This document shows positions 1-13,640 of a stretch of 64,000 bases of DNA, in pieces. The position numbers were made by a program, and so were the translations under genes. Origin of the DNA: Fimbriosthenelais zetlandica (lineage: Eukaryota). The notes under the pieces are model-generated. The model saw only the letters and a program-made list of their open reading frames with translations. It made no database searches and was not told the origin of the DNA. The stretch spans positions 24,242,001-24,306,000 of the forward strand of contig OZ365110.1 of assembly GCA_977030845.1 (NCBI GenBank), read 5' to 3'. Position 1 is the stretch's first letter. Each line of letters starts with the position of its first letter.

Positions 1-994
1 CTGGGAATATTTACAAAGCCAGATAGGACATTTTACATGGGTCTGATATCCATATCCAGGGAAAATGTAGCAGCTTATGACAAGTGATCAAATCAATAAT
101 AGATTTTATGGAAAGGAACTTAGGAATTCTACTTTAAAGAAACATATCCCCAAAAATTATTTAAGGATCTGTGTGGCTAAAAACTATGACTTGATTGACA
201 TGAATTTATGGAAGAATACACTGTATGGGGAAAGTGAATTCTCACAGCGCGGAATAAATTCAACAACAGAAGAAGCAACTGACCTCACATCATCCATATG
301 TAGAAATCGATACTTTTGAAGCTATGTACAATATGCATGCAAGCATATTCTCAAACCTGTTCTGCTGATATTGCCTAAAGGTATATTAACACAAACATCC
401 ATTATTTGTATTGTCCTATTTGGGGCCAAGCAAGGAAAGAGGTGCATAATCAATAATAGTGGTCTGCTTTGACGGAGCCCATACTGTCATGTTAGAAGAT
501 GGCCTTGCTGGTCAGAATGAATGTTTATGGGCAACCATCACTCAAAAGGCCAGTACATCGTCAGTCACATGCATGCATCAATTTCCACGATAGCTACTGG
601 CTATGGGCTTTCTAAATTAAACCCAACCACCTAACACTTACCTTTCCAAAGCAAGTAACCGTAGATGTTAAATTATAGATGTACATACATGTACATGGTT
701 GCTTACTACTTCCTTGAAAGATAATGTAATATATAGTACAATTATTTCAGTTTTTATACGTATTCATTCATTTACAAAATATGACGTTTATTTAATTTAG
801 TCACTTAACTCTGTCTCTGCAAACCATGTATCATAGAAAAGCAAATAGCTGCATACCAGAAATGTATATATATTTATGAGGAATATTGCATATTTTATGG
901 GAATGTCTCTGCCATTAATTTCTCCATGAATTACAATGTATCAAATTCTTATGGGAACCTATTCTGAGGCAGATCATAATGTGGAAGGCCAACA

Positions 995-1871
995 TTGGAA
1001 TTTATAGCTCCTGCATTGCAAATTGTTATTGGAGGAAGCCATTCAGTACCAGTGATAACTCTCTCATGTCTCTCTTCTCAGAAACCCGCTAGTCTCAACG
1101 TTATGGCTCACAAGAATACGAAGCATGACACAGTTTCCAGTAAAGCAGACAAATTACCCCTCGCACGGGCAAAATGATCGTTAAACTTGGCCTCACTGCC
1201 TCAGATTACAAGTTCATGTTCTTGGGTCAATTATTCCCAGAGAGCTTCTTCACAGAGGCCAAAAATGGCTTCCCCTTGTGTGCCCATAGCGCGTGCTAAT
1301 TGGGCGAGTGAATCCAATAAACAAGCTAAGTTGTTGCTCCATATTCCTCTGAATACCAATAAGATGATCTGTTGGTTTAATTTGCCGTTCCCAAAGCCTG
1401 GGATTATGATTCATCCTATGTCGTCAAAGGCATTGTCTGGGTGGCTTCATGGAAGGAAGCCACTCTCAAAATATTCTCTCCGTGCTGCTGCATACATGGG
1501 TTGGGCATGCATGGATGCGATCCAATCGACTAATGCTGAATTCGCATGTGCATACTCATCAAGCTTAGGAGCTATAAACGAAGTTAATGGTGGGGCAGAG
1601 GAAATATTACCAACAGAACCAGGCAAACTGGGCAGAGAAATCCTCCCGAGTGTCACTTATGGTCTTTGTAAGGACCTGCAGTTTTGTTCCTTGAACTTTT
1701 GCCTTCGGTCTGTGGCTGTTGGTTTCCATCATTGAAGCTCGTTCGCAGACCATCTTCCAATCGGTCAAGTCCATTGACCACTTGGAGAATCCATAAGAAG
1801 ACTTCACTCTCCTTCTCTGCGGGTCTGTGAATGTCATTGGCTTATATTAGATCCTAATCCATATCCTTCAA
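995..1871 (-). pseudogene. Decayed coding-like segment, origin unknown (possibly transposon-derived)
   Basis: GC-richer island. The - strand gives protein-like runs broken by stops and frameshifts (KESEVFLWILQVVNGLDRLEDGL...; EYAHANSALVDWIASMHAQPMYAAARREYFESGFLP*...LVFRGIWSNNLACLLDSLAQLARAMG). No family recognised. Confidence 0.2.
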
Positions 1872-3049
1872 CTGCAAATATAGTTCTGTAAATGTTCAAG
1901 CATTTATTTTTTGGTGCATCTCGATAATGTCTGCATTGAATAAATTGTTTATTGTTTAACAATATAAACAATTTTCGATATTGAATGATTAGAAAGAGTT
2001 TATCCATGTTACATTATATTTCAGATAATGTTTTATGTATTACTCATTGCGATAAAATGACCTTGTGCCTAAAAGCTATGTATAATAATTGAACTTTGGT
2101 CTCTGATTTGATTTGACAGGCCTAAACCCTCAGAGCATGATTTATTAATGCCAGTGTTAGGGCCTGGACAATATAAGACTCAATGGTTTGAACTTGACAC
2201 ATGCTTTGAAGAAAGAGTGGCTCGGAGAGACTCATGTAGAACACATGGGCATTGAATCATTGTCACTTGTTATACATGCAACTCTGTAACCTAATGCTGG
2301 TCAATTTGGAGGTGCTAGGAGTCTCTAAAGACTGCTGGCCCTTTGTTCCATTTTAGTGTCCATTACAGCCACATGAGTCATGGTGGAATTCACTTAGGCC
2401 TCAGGAATCAATAACATGTTTCAGCTAAGGGCCTTGACCGAAGAAAGTTTCTGACACCTAAATATTTTCACACTGATTCCTTAATTTATTACAACAATGC
2501 ATTTTTTTTTATTCTATCTAGGAAAAATCGACATGGATACCAAATTATTTTGACAAGTAATCTAATCACAAAACAGTCACCAGAAACCAGAAAACAAATT
2601 ATTATTTTTCTTAGCCTCGGGAGAGTGACACTGGTGAGAGAAATGGAAAGAGGGAGTGAGAGAGGAGGGCTTGATCACTGCCACACTTGTTGTGACGGGT
2701 TTCTTGATTGCCTTCTTTAATGTTCCAGGAAGCCATCTTAGACAGGAGCCTGTAACTAGCCTTCAATGAATATCATGGCGTCTTATCGCATATACAAAGG
2801 CAATCAGATGGACTTCAGTGGGAGATGGGAAACGCTGTGTCATGAATGGGGAATGCGGGGCATGGGGCGAACAAGGATGTGGAATATATTGAATCGAGGG
2901 ATGAATCAATCTATAAGATTGTATCTGCATACAGTTTATGTAAAAAAGTCTTAATGGGTTTATGCTCTTTTATGTGTCATGAAAATGTAGTTATCTTTTT
3001 CTGAAGATAAAGTCATAGATCTCCAGTTTCCAGTCCCTTTCCGTTTCAG

Positions 3050-3310
3050 ATGGGGTCTTGCTATCTGCAACTTGGAACCAGTATCAAGCAGAATTTCCTA
3101 AGTTACTTGGAAAATTGCTCTAGTCCCATGCAGATGGAACCCCTTCCCTTGCAGATCGGATCCAGTCCTCATGGGATTGGGTCCAGTCTCATGCAGATTG
3201 GGTTAAGTCTCCTGAAGACTGAGTCCACTTCCTGGCAGATTCGGTTCTGTCTCCGGAGGTTTCCATCAGTGATCCAGTCTTCTAGGTGTAAACACCCTAT
3301 AAGTATAACT
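3050..3310 (-). repeat. Degenerate 21-bp minisatellite (GACTGGACCCAATCTGCATGA-like); dispersed-repeat copy A
   Basis: The - strand reads gagacttaacccaatctgcat/gagactggacccaatcccat/gaggactggatccgatctgcaag. It resembles 18640-18835 in the opposite orientation. Confidence 0.6.
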
Positions 3311-3644
3311 AGAAGGCTTATAGATTGAGGGGACTGGTAGCCTGTGATCTTGACTTTGTTATCTTGACTTGGCTCAATGATGAGAGGAACTAATTGACAT
3401 CAGTAGGACATGAATCATTGGTTGTCATCAAAAGATATGTCAAAACAGTAGACCTAGCTACCTCTTCAACTCTAACAGTGAGACTCAGATATTGCTCATG
3501 GCCAGTCTTCCTGTTTGCCTTGGCTTGTTAGAAGGCAATGAGAATTCATTCTCATAGTAATTGATTTATTTGAACAAATACGTCCCTTGCATTCTGCTAT
3601 CCCAATATTATGTTAACGACATCTGGTGACGGTACTAATACCAG

Positions 3645-3842
3645 AAGAATCCAGTCTGAATGCAATAGTGCTGTTCTTCAGAGACTCATTCTAACTACAT
3701 GTATGTTTCTAGTTTCAATCGGGCAACATTCAATCTTCTCGATTCGCAGACAAAATCCAGTCTAATTACGGTACAAGTGATGTTCCTTGTTCGGTTATTC
3801 AGGGACAGAATTCAGTCTAACTACGGTACTTGTGCTATTCCT
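3645..3842. repeat. Degenerate ~54-bp tandem repeat
   Basis: The motif aat(c/t)cagtct(a/g)a recurs at ~3651, ~3757 and ~3811. The last two copies share cagtctaa.tacggtac..gtg.t.ttcct. Confidence 0.45.
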
Positions 3843-4093
3843 GCCTTTCTTCAGCCCCTCCTGAAGTCACCATTATTAATGGAGCACACCATGCACACAG
3901 CAAATTACCATGATAAAGATGATGGAGAGAAGGAGGATACAAATAACATGGCTGAGATCTCCATTACTCCTCTTTATTAACTCTTATTGCATCCTTCTGG
4001 TGACAATCAAAAACAAGGCATTGTCTCTCTCCCCTGATTTATTCCTGCCATTAAGGCTCTATCCTGATCAACGGCCCTATAAACATTAACTAT

Positions 4094-4187
4094 TCATGAC
4101 GAAATGCTAGCAAATCCTCGAATAGCAGTGTTTATGATTTCTTCTTCTTCATTTATGTTTTCTCCGGATTCAGAGTCATCACTGCGT
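4094..4187 (-). CDS. Putative terminal coding exon of an unidentified spliced gene (RSDDSESGENINEEEEIINTAIRGFASISS*)
   Basis: Acceptor ttatacctgacag, phase 2, acidic protein-like translation ending in TGA at 4094-4096. AATAAA lies ~50 nt downstream (4038-4043). Confidence 0.5.
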
Positions 4188-7074
4188 CTGTCAGGTATAA
4201 AAAAATCTACGCAACATTCGAAATATAAATATAACATATATGTATGCAAAAATTATATTGCACATTCATATAATTGTTTCTGAATAGTATGTACCAATCG
4301 TTTCATACAAAATTGGGATGAAGTCTTATGAAAAACTATTTTTTGGATGTCAAACATGACTAAATGTTGGAATGTATGGTACATGTACATGTACCATGTA
4401 TACCATACACGTACATGTAAATAGCTATACGTTTCGTTTTATTTCAGTTCAATTTCAAAGAATGTACATGTTAAATTATGGCTGGAGTTATGGGGATGAA
4501 AATGAATTAATTATTATAAATTTCGTTAGTGGTGCTAGGGCAGGGTCAGGAGTTATTCCTACAGGAGTTGAGTAGGCCTATACATGTAGTCACATGTAGG
4601 TATAGCACTTAACCCTACACTGCCCTTCCCTATAATTCGCATGTCACGCGCACAACAGTCACAAATGAATCTCATCCTATATTTCTTTCAGCTCGCGACT
4701 TCAAAGTCGAGTTGCTCTCCCTCTCGTCTTCATGATGCCTTTTAGAATGCAGGGTAGTGGGTCAGGGGAGGTCACCACCACAAATCCCAGAGTTCTCACC
4801 ACGTATGTGCTGCTCATTGTGTATGTATATGGGAGAGTAAATAAGAAGGAGCCAGAAATCTGCTTATTTCTCACGAGCAAATTGACATCTGTCTTCATGT
4901 CTGTATTTATAGATTGCAGCAATGCTCAATACGGTTGTGCTGATTGGCACATGGGTTGATTTGCCCATATGCAGCAGTTGGGGTGCAGGTCTTGGGTTCA
5001 GGCTATATTTTTGCAGAACGATGAAGAGAGAACTGCATTCCAAACACTATCAATGGATCTTTAAACAATGATATAATGTATTGGTCAGATATCCCGACCA
5101 TTCATCAGGCTGCACTTATATCAATTGGCAGAATTATAGGCCTTTATTATGATGGCCATATAATTGTAACGATAATCAGCGAAATACGAAACATCGGCCA
5201 GATTGTTCTTGGTTTCCAAAATGACTCATGGAATGCATGTTTGAAATCAGCAATGAACAATCCTCCGGTCAGTCGGCTTCGTATGAAAGGATCTTGAGTC
5301 TGATATAGGAAGGCAGCAAGGAGGGTTTATTTGAAACCTCCAAGTGGTCTTCAGGTCCTACATAAGTCCCTGTGGTGTAATCTGGGTACCTGCCTCGCCC
5401 CACCACCGCTCCAGCCACCTCCTGGGTACCAGCAGCAGCTCCAGGGTTTGATCCTTGTGGAGTGGATGGTATCCCTCTCCCCTCCATGGTCAGATAGATG
5501 AAGATGCTAATCAAGACGGATCACAACGAGTGACATCCATGTTCTCTATTGATTTCTACCACTCGTATATGCACCGGTGATCCTAACTGAAATTTATGGA
5601 AAGGGGAGGAAATCTCTGACAATTGGGCTTTGGGGTTTTAAGATTATCTCTGAGGGATATATATTAGATAATAAACACGAGATAACTATGTTTGACTTCA
5701 TATCACAGATCCATATCTTTAATATAAAGCAAACAGAGGACAGGAGGCAAATTGTCCGATATTTGACATGTATTATATATTTAGAAAGATCAAGACATCT
5801 TGACCTCCTTCTATTTCCAGGCATTATGTACAGATGAAAGGATCAGCTCATCTCTAGTCGAGCTATTTGTCGAATAATAAAATGTGACTGGCCAGTGATT
5901 GAGCATCATGCAGGTGATCACTAGGAGGGCCCTCAGTGAGCGCCTCAACTACCTCACAAATGGTCATCCGACATCCACACTTGCTTTAGTAAGGAAAACC
6001 AAAGGAGCAAGACAACATGCACCCCAGATGAAGATAGACTTGCTTAAGTCCATGCACTTTACGTGATTTCCTTGAGATACTGAAATCAATTACCAAGAGA
6101 AGGTCTCCGCCCCCGGGCAGGATAATCAAAGACCAAGGGGTTCATGGGGTAGTAGAATGGTTGCGGTCTCGCGCTGGGTTTCAAAACACTATCAAGGATC
6201 TGTTGGGGAGCGATTGAAGCTACATGTTTTGAACTGTTGAGGACCCGAACATTTCTCTTTCCACATAAGGAAATAGTAAATAGCCGGACAAGTGGGTATC
6301 TCATTCGAAAATTGCTTATACGAGCTAAAATCCTTTAGAACACGATCTGCTCACATCTGCTCATAAGTAAGGATAGCTGTTATGAACTGCTCATGACCAC
6401 TCCCGGATCTCCCCCACATTTTCTCCTCCCCCTCTCTTCCACTTGAAGTCAGTGGATAAAAATACATACCTATACAGACCATGTTTTCCATGGAAGAAAA
6501 TCACTGTCTTTCACAAGGCATAACATAATATTAACATTTAAATGTAATCTTAGCAGACACGTGTAAATCAACGAACCCAGCGTTGGTTAACACAGCTTTC
6601 TCGTGAATCAAGCCCAAGTGTTCTAGGACTTTTGACAAGTCTATGATGTAGACAGATTGGCTAGGGACTTCCCTGACACTGTTTCTATGACCCAGAATCA
6701 GGCGGGGTCAGAGTAAGGATCGACACATCCTAATCACTAGTTGGCATGTGTAAAATACAGAACCCCTCTTTCAGATGGTCCTCTCTCAAATTTAGATATT
6801 GCGTGCAATGCCATAAATTCCTAGTTTAATGTGTCAAAATGATTAATAATTCTGATGGCTGCATGGTGTTGTTGTCACAGGGAAACTGCAACAGTCAATG
6901 TACTGTTGTGAGTGCCTGCTGAAATGGTGCCTTTTCAGATACTACTTCACACTTTGTGCTACTACATGTACATGCTAGTGTATCACTCAAATAGTCAAAA
7001 CTGATGTACTCAAAGAGGGTATGGCATGTCAGACAAATGAAATTTTAATATAGTTAACGCATAAAAACACTTAC

Positions 7075-7109
7075 ATGTACGTGGTCTGGGTTGACTCCTT
7101 GTGAATATT
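7075..7109 (-). CDS. Putative internal exon of the same gene (NIHKESTQTTY-I in the preferred frame)
   Basis: Acceptor ctgattttccag and donor CAT|gtaagt bound 35 nt. The phase 0 to 2 reading joins 7436-7491 to 4094-4187. Confidence 0.5.
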
Positions 7110-7435
7110 CTGGAAAATCAGTATAGGAAATTTTAGAAATAATTTTTGTAAAATAAAGATATTATCTATGATTGGATGTACGTACTACAGGATGCAATAT
7201 CCTCATATTCATATTCAAATTACACGTATAGTATAGTTATGCTTTTATTTGAATTCTAAAATAAGTGTCCATAAGCCATAATTATCCCTACAAGGAGCTC
7301 TGTATGATATTTTATTCAAAGCTCTGGAAGATTTATGGAAATGTATTATGAGTTGATAGACTCAGATTTGAAGCTTTGAATTTCAGTGCATACTTTTTAA
7401 AGAATCGCTCCAGGGTATCTTTACAGTCAATTTAC

Positions 7436-7491
7436 CTTCAGATACACGCCATCTACTACGTTGAATGAAAGCCCAGACCTCGCCTCTTTTT
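7436..7491 (-). CDS. Putative internal exon of the same gene (KEARSGLSFNVVDGVYLK in the preferred frame)
   Basis: Strong acceptor ttttctttttttaag and donor AAG|gtaaat bound 56 nt. The phase 1 to 0 frame is open. Confidence 0.5.
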
Positions 7492-8495
7492 CTTAAAAAA
7501 AGAAAATAACTGAAATAAAAAAACACTCAAACTGCTGGATATCATTGGAAAGGAATGATTCAATAAAGATCATACACTGGCCAAGGATGGAAATTGCCTC
7601 AAATGAAAGGAGCGTTTGGTTTCAAATATTTTTGTCAGTTTCTTATGAGATCCATAGCTTCAAATCGGTGGCTTAGTAAAGTATCATTTCAGGGGAAACC
7701 AGTAATAACAGGGTTGATATCATGTATGAAAAATTGAATTATATTGAGCAATAACATGCAACGAAAGAGATTTTTTTTCTGTTTTCATTCCAAATTCTTT
7801 GTCTCTGTGATTCTCTGCCAACATAGTTATGAAGTGGATAGTGTCTCCATTCTCGTAAAGGGTAAGCCATGTTATCGGGGTTGAAGTATATTTACTAGAT
7901 TGGGTTTCTTGGGTACAGGTTCAGAGGTGCATGAAGAAAAGCACTCGTGAGTGAGGGAGGTCAGTTTTCAGTGCAGCGTATTTAGGATATTGGTGGTTCT
8001 TTTGGCAGAACTTGGTGTGGCTGGGGTTGCATATATGCATGGTAGGGTAGAATGGAGTGGAGTTTTGGTTGGGGTGCAGCTTGTGTTGGGGTTGGGTTGG
8101 GGTATAGGATAAGGGTTTGAGTTGGAGTGCTAGGATTCGGGTATAATATGATATGAGTTGTTCTGGATATGGTGGTAGAGGCCCTAAGGGTCCCTTTATA
8201 AGTCGAAATAAATCTCAAGGGAAATCCACAGAGGATAGAAAATTGATCCAACATATACCACCTTTTCAATATTACCCGCAGTAAACATCCATGGCTTAAG
8301 CCTTAGCGTTTAAGGCTTCAGTTGATCTGCCTATTTAGACCCACCACTGGACGTCTCAGACCATCCTGTATGGTGGAGACAGACTTCACCATGTTTGTCC
8401 AAGACAAATGTGAGTGGTAGACCACCCATAGATACAATAGTGTCTTCCCCTTCCACTATATCTATCTGTGGCGACATCTCTGACCCGAAGCCAAC

Positions 8496-8572
8496 CTGTG
8501 GGCGCCACTCTCAGCATGTTAACTGGCAACCCCTGGCGAACATACTTCTCTACAAGTATTTGTAAGATAATC
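8496..8572 (-). CDS. Possible upstream exon of the same gene (IILQILVEKYVRQGLPVNMLRVAPT)
   Basis: Acceptor gcctttaccag and a weak donor CAG|gttggc bound 77 nt. Phase 2 to 1 fits the next exon. Confidence 0.3.
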
Positions 8573-9104
8573 CTGGTAAAGGCTAAGTGCCTGGACAATA
8601 GGCATTTCAAAAGATGCCAATGTCATAGTTGATATGTACTAACCATTCTTTTTACTTTCATTGGTTCGATTCAGGTGGATATATTTTAAGAAACCGAGGT
8701 CAAGGTGTATGGTATCTTGATTTGGACTTAACTAATATCAACGAAATAAGCTTATCTTGTCTTGTATTGCTTCAAAATGTTTCTATTTAGGCCTAAATCA
8801 CTTGGGATTTAGTTCACGTTCTCTTTAAATTAAAAAAAAATATATTTTTTATTAGATATTTACCATTGGAATTAACCGCTAACCTTTATAACTTACTGTG
8901 TATTGTTATAGATGGAAGGTGCAGTTTTCACATGACTGATAAGTCAGAAATATTGGTTTGGCATTACTAGACAAACAAGCAGAGAAGGGTTAAATGATAG
9001 CTCGTTTCCCAGGGTCGTCAAGGAGACCGTCTGTCATAATAAATATATCTACATCGTCAGTAGCCTTTACACCTCACTTCAGGTGCTCACCCTTCTCTCT
9101 TCTT

Positions 9105-9192
9105 GGGCCCGTTTCATACGAAAAGCGCCACTTTGACCCATACATTTTACCATGTTCTATTGTGGGCCATATAGCTTTTATGAAACAAGCCC
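9105..9192. mobile_element. Short MITE-like element with imperfect terminal inverted repeats
   Basis: GGGCCCGTTTCATA at 9105-9118 and TATGAAACAAGCCC ending at 9192 match 12/14 as inverted repeats. No clear TSD. Confidence 0.45.
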
Positions 9193-10813
9193 TTGCTCTC
9201 ATGGAGTTGGAAAGGGAGTGGGAGTGGGAAAGCTTTTCTATAATTCTGTTTCTATAACTTGATCTTTATTGATTAAGCCTACTTAAATTATAACATCGAT
9301 ATGAAAAAATAAAACATAATATTATTTTTCATTTCCGAAGCATAAACGATCTACTCCTGAACTATCTATGCACAAATCTTCAGTTGAACGAGAAAACGAG
9401 GCACGTGTCTCGTTTCAAAAACTGTCCATAAATTCCTAAGATTTCTCAATACCAACCAGTTAAAAACAGAAGCACAAGGAAGTCCCACATTTAAGACACT
9501 CCCTGATTTTATTCCTAACACTTGTAAAATATAAATCAGCGTCTTGGAACTGCAACTGCAACTCTACACAAGAGAAAAAGGTTATTGCATCTAATGGTGT
9601 ATAGGGTCCCCCTCCTCAAGACTAATATGGTCCTCGTTAGAAATCTAATTTCAAGGAAAAGGAAACGTGAGTGAATTTATTCAGCAAACAGTAATGTTTA
9701 GTAAAGACTGGGGACTAGTTACTACCCAGCCTGTCTACATTTCCTGCTCCTCAAGACCAAACACTTGGACAAACAAGAGTTTCTCTCCAAAGACACACAG
9801 CCCCTTGGTGGCCCAAGCTTGGAGAATGCTATGGAGCAACATATGTGACCATATGTCAGTAAGCTTAACCATTATGGGTTTCCAAATTTTCTTATCAGGG
9901 GCATGTTTCATAAACAAAAATGCTATAACACTAATGTGCAAATGTACCAGCCTCAAATTATTCCTTACATTATCATTTCAGATACATTCGATCAATGTCG
10001 GCAAAAGTCAATGGATTATAGTGGCAATTATGATTTCATTTGACTTTACATATTTTGGTTGAAACTTGGAGGATGAATGGATGTGAGTTATATAATTCTA
10101 GTGCCTCTTGTTCCGATCATTAGTAACAGTAATGTGTGTCTCTAACGCCCTACAGTGCTGGAAACGATGCACACGGAACATATCCACTTGCCAAAAACAA
10201 CAATAGTGGATTTGAATGAGTAGTCCTAAAGTTATACCACTTGAACATAATCTGTGAGTCAACAAACGCATCTCCGGTGTGAATATGGAACAAAAAAATG
10301 TTGACAGAAATTGCTGCGCCAGCACTTAGGCTATATTCATTTATCCAAATACATGTAGCATAAAAAATTCTAGGAAAAGGCTTAATTAACTCATAAAGAT
10401 TATTAAATAAGATTTTCGTTATTGAATTTTGAACTAGAGCTAAGCAAACCACGCATATTTATTGGCGAGATATCTTCTCTGTTGAGCCAGAAACTGCAAC
10501 AAAGCCCGTGTTATGTCTAGTCTGTCATTTAGAAGCTTGTCTGGGGAGAAATCAGCCAAATATTGACACTGACTATGGCACAGACAAGAGCTTATTTAAG
10601 CACGTTATTGCAAGCGTGGGGGATGGTTGGAAAACGGAAGAAATAAGAAGAATGTCAACCACTTTTCCTAGAAATCCCCCATGTAATTCAGGGAAAGGAT
10701 GGATGCACCTGCCCACACCACTGGGGAGGTTGTGTATGCTCACTTCACAACATTGCCAATTGGCTGTCTTCAAACGTCTATATAAAAGCTAAGCCAATGA
10801 CCCGACCTTGCAG

Positions 10814-11073
10814 GGGCCCGTTTCATATATTTTCCGTTTCAAGAAAATGGTCATTTCAGGTTTAAAAAAAGTGTAAAAAAGAAGAAGCCACCATTGAATA
10901 TCAGTGGAGAATCGTTTGGAAATGGGATAAAAGATGTCTTGCGACTGGTAGGTCTACCAAGAGAAACTTAAAATAACATTGTTGGCAACTGTCTGAAATG
11001 AATGCTTCTATATTATATTTTATGACATACATGTACATGGAAATAAAAAGGACATCTTTTTTGAAACAGTCCC
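10814..11073. mobile_element. MITE-like element of the same TIR family
   Basis: Left end GGGCCCGTTTCATA; right end TTGAAACAGTCCC (reverse complement GGGACTGTTTCAA). Confidence 0.35.
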
Positions 11074-11346
11074 TAAGGTAAGAGTGGGCACTGCCTTGTG
11101 TTTGAAAGGAATCAATTTGAGTGAAGAGAGGGCCCTGTCAGTGAGGAGTGTGGAGGGGGAAGGTTTGTAGGAGACAGGGTCTTAAATGAACACATCAGGT
11201 GCAGTAGGAGGTGAGGCTGTGAGAGGGGTTCTAAACACCCCTAATCTACACCAATTAGCTTTAATAAAATAAAAAAAGAAACCAGGACAAATACTGAAAT
11301 CAAAGAAGGGAGGCAGGAAATAGGAAACGAAAGGAGGCAAGGGTTA

Positions 11347-11483
11347 NNNNNNNNNNNNNNNNNNNNNNNNNNNNNNNNNNNNNNNNNNNNNNNNNNNNNN
11401 NNNNNNNNNNNNNNNNNNNNNNNNNNNNNNNNNNNNNNNNNNNNNNNNNNNNNNNNNNNNNNNNNNNNNNNNNNNNNNNNNNN
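11347..11483. other. Assembly gap (137 N) flanked by purine-rich, GGAA-type simple sequence
   Basis: Run of n, with an aaggaaggaagaaaggaaggaaggaagg tract at ~11531-11560. Confidence 0.98.
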
Positions 11484-11859
11484 GGGTTCGTTCCTTACTG
11501 CTCTGAATGGAAGGCAGTAAGGAACGAATTAAGGAAGGAAGAAAGGAAGGAAGGAAGGAAAAGAAACAATTATTATTAGTGACGTGTCATGCGATTTCCT
11601 GTCTTATGGACCAAAAAATCGATTTTCTGAAAGTACATCACCTCCCCTTCACAAAACTGCTTTCAGAAGTGAATTCTGATAATTATTTCCTGAGATACGG
11701 GCAAAATAGGAAATCTGATTCGCGGTCTAAGCCGGTATAGGCTATGCGGCCAGCACGTTTGTTGTCTGTCTGGACAGCTAGCAGAATATCACTTCTTAAA
11801 TCATGGTTCAAACACACAAAAAACATGATATGCAAATAACAAAAAATACAAACTAGATT

Positions 11860-12900
11860 ATTATGGTGAAGGATGAAACATTTTTTATTTTCCATGATTT
11901 ATCTGGAAATATTTTCTATAGGTTATGGTTGCCATAGCAACCAAATGTGGGATGGATAGGCTAATCCAGTGGATGGATAGGCTAAATTTTGTTTCAAACC
12001 GATATAACAGTGTTCCATTTAAAGGAAACGTCTCTTAAAATTAGCAGGTTTCGTTTGTACATGATAACACATTACTCCCCATTATAAAAACTGTTTTCAA
12101 AATTAAAATCAGTTAATTATTTCATGAGATATTGACAAAATAGATGAAATAGTCTATGCTCGTAGGCTGGGAGTCCGGCATGCACTGTCGATATCAGGAT
12201 CTTACTAGTTGAATATCAGTTCGTCGACAACATTCTGACAAATAATAACCCTGATTCACAAACAATTAAATCCTTCTGATAAGTAAAAAGGATTAAATAA
12301 ATTACATTTTTATTATTTCTCTGGAAATAGGGTCTTAAAGTTATGGTTGCCATGGCAACTCAACATGGGATTGATGAATCTAGAGGCCCAATTTTCTTTG
12401 AACTGACATATTTGGGCTCGGTATAGCTAATAAATGTATGTCTCTTCAAATTAGCAGAGCTAAATTCTACAGCATATCACTTCCCATTCTATATAAAATA
12501 AGATTATTATATCCTCGGATATATATTATATGCAGTCTATGCTTGTAAATTGTAATTCTGCGATCAGGTGTATAAGGGTTTGGTGACCAACACACAATGT
12601 TTTTGTCAGGACCGCTATTAAAATATCAGTTTGTCAAAAACATTCCAGCACAAATAAAAATAAACAACCCTGAATGATGCACTATTTAAAAGACTAGAAC
12701 TCTGATGATAAGTAAAAAGTATTAAATAAATAATATTTCTTATGATTTATCTGGCAATATGGTGCCAAGTTTATGGTTGCCATAGCAACCAAAAATGTGA
12801 TATAGACATAAAAATTGAGAGAAACTGTCATTAAACATTATTTGTGTTCAGTTTAAAAGAAACTTCTGTTCTAATTTGGACAACTCAGTTACACATGACC
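11860..12900. repeat. Three diverged ~425-bp tandem units, each with an RFX X-box palindrome
   Basis: ttatgGTTGCCAT(A/G)GCAAC at 11928, 12346 and 12776 (spacing 418 and 430), each preceded by a similar (g)att(t)(a/c)tctgg(a/c)aata segment. Confidence 0.65.
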
Positions 12901-12996
12901 TATTAATCAATATAAAAATAATATTGAATATTATCTATATTTTTATAATTATTTACCATACATAGTATTCTGAACAAAGAGTGTTCAGGGGTGGCT

Positions 12997-13640
12997 GGAG
13001 AGGGAAAGGTGACAGGATGATCACGGATGGTGGCACTGGTAGGAGAGGGAAAGGTGACAGAATGAGCACGGATTGTGGCACTGGTAGGAGAGGGAAAGGT
13101 GACAGGATGAGCACGGATGGTGGCACCGGTAGGAGAGGGAAAGGTGACAGAATGAGCACGGATGGTGGCACTGGTAGGAGAGGGAAAGGTGACAGGATGA
13201 GCACGGATGGTGGCACTGGTAGGAGAGGGAAAGGTGACAGGATGAGCACGGATGGTGGCACTGGTAGGACTAGCAGGAGAGGGAAAAGTGACAGGATGAG
13301 CACGGATGGTGGCACTAGTAGGACTAGCAGGAGAGGGAAAGGTGACAGGATGAGCACGGATGGTGGCACTGGTAGGATTAGCAGGAGAGGGAAAGGTGAC
13401 AGGATGAGCACGGATGGTGGCACTGGTAGGACTAGCAGGAGAGGGAAAGGTGACAGGATGAGCACGGATGGTGGCACTGGTAGGACTAGCAGGAGAGGGA
13501 AAGGTGACAGGATGAGCACGGATGGTGGCACTGGCAGGACTAGCAGGAGAGGGAATAGTGACAGGACGAGCACGGATGGTGGCACTACCAGGAGAGGGAA
13601 TGGCGACAGGTTGAGCACGGATGGTGGCACTACCAGGAGA
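12997..13640. repeat. 45/54-bp minisatellite, 13 units
   Basis: Unit ggagagggaaaggtgacaggatgagcacggatggtggcactggta, with six units extended by a 9-bp ggactagca-type insert. Followed by a ~20-bp G run. Confidence 0.95.

Noticed and set aside
6470-7491. Alternative-frame reading ...GVNPDHVH(TVIFFHGKHG), resembling a HUH transposase or metallo-beta-lactamase motif
   Set aside because: It needs an extra exon with a weak acceptor near 6475-6512. The other frame joins the strong exons directly, and the remaining catalytic residues are absent.
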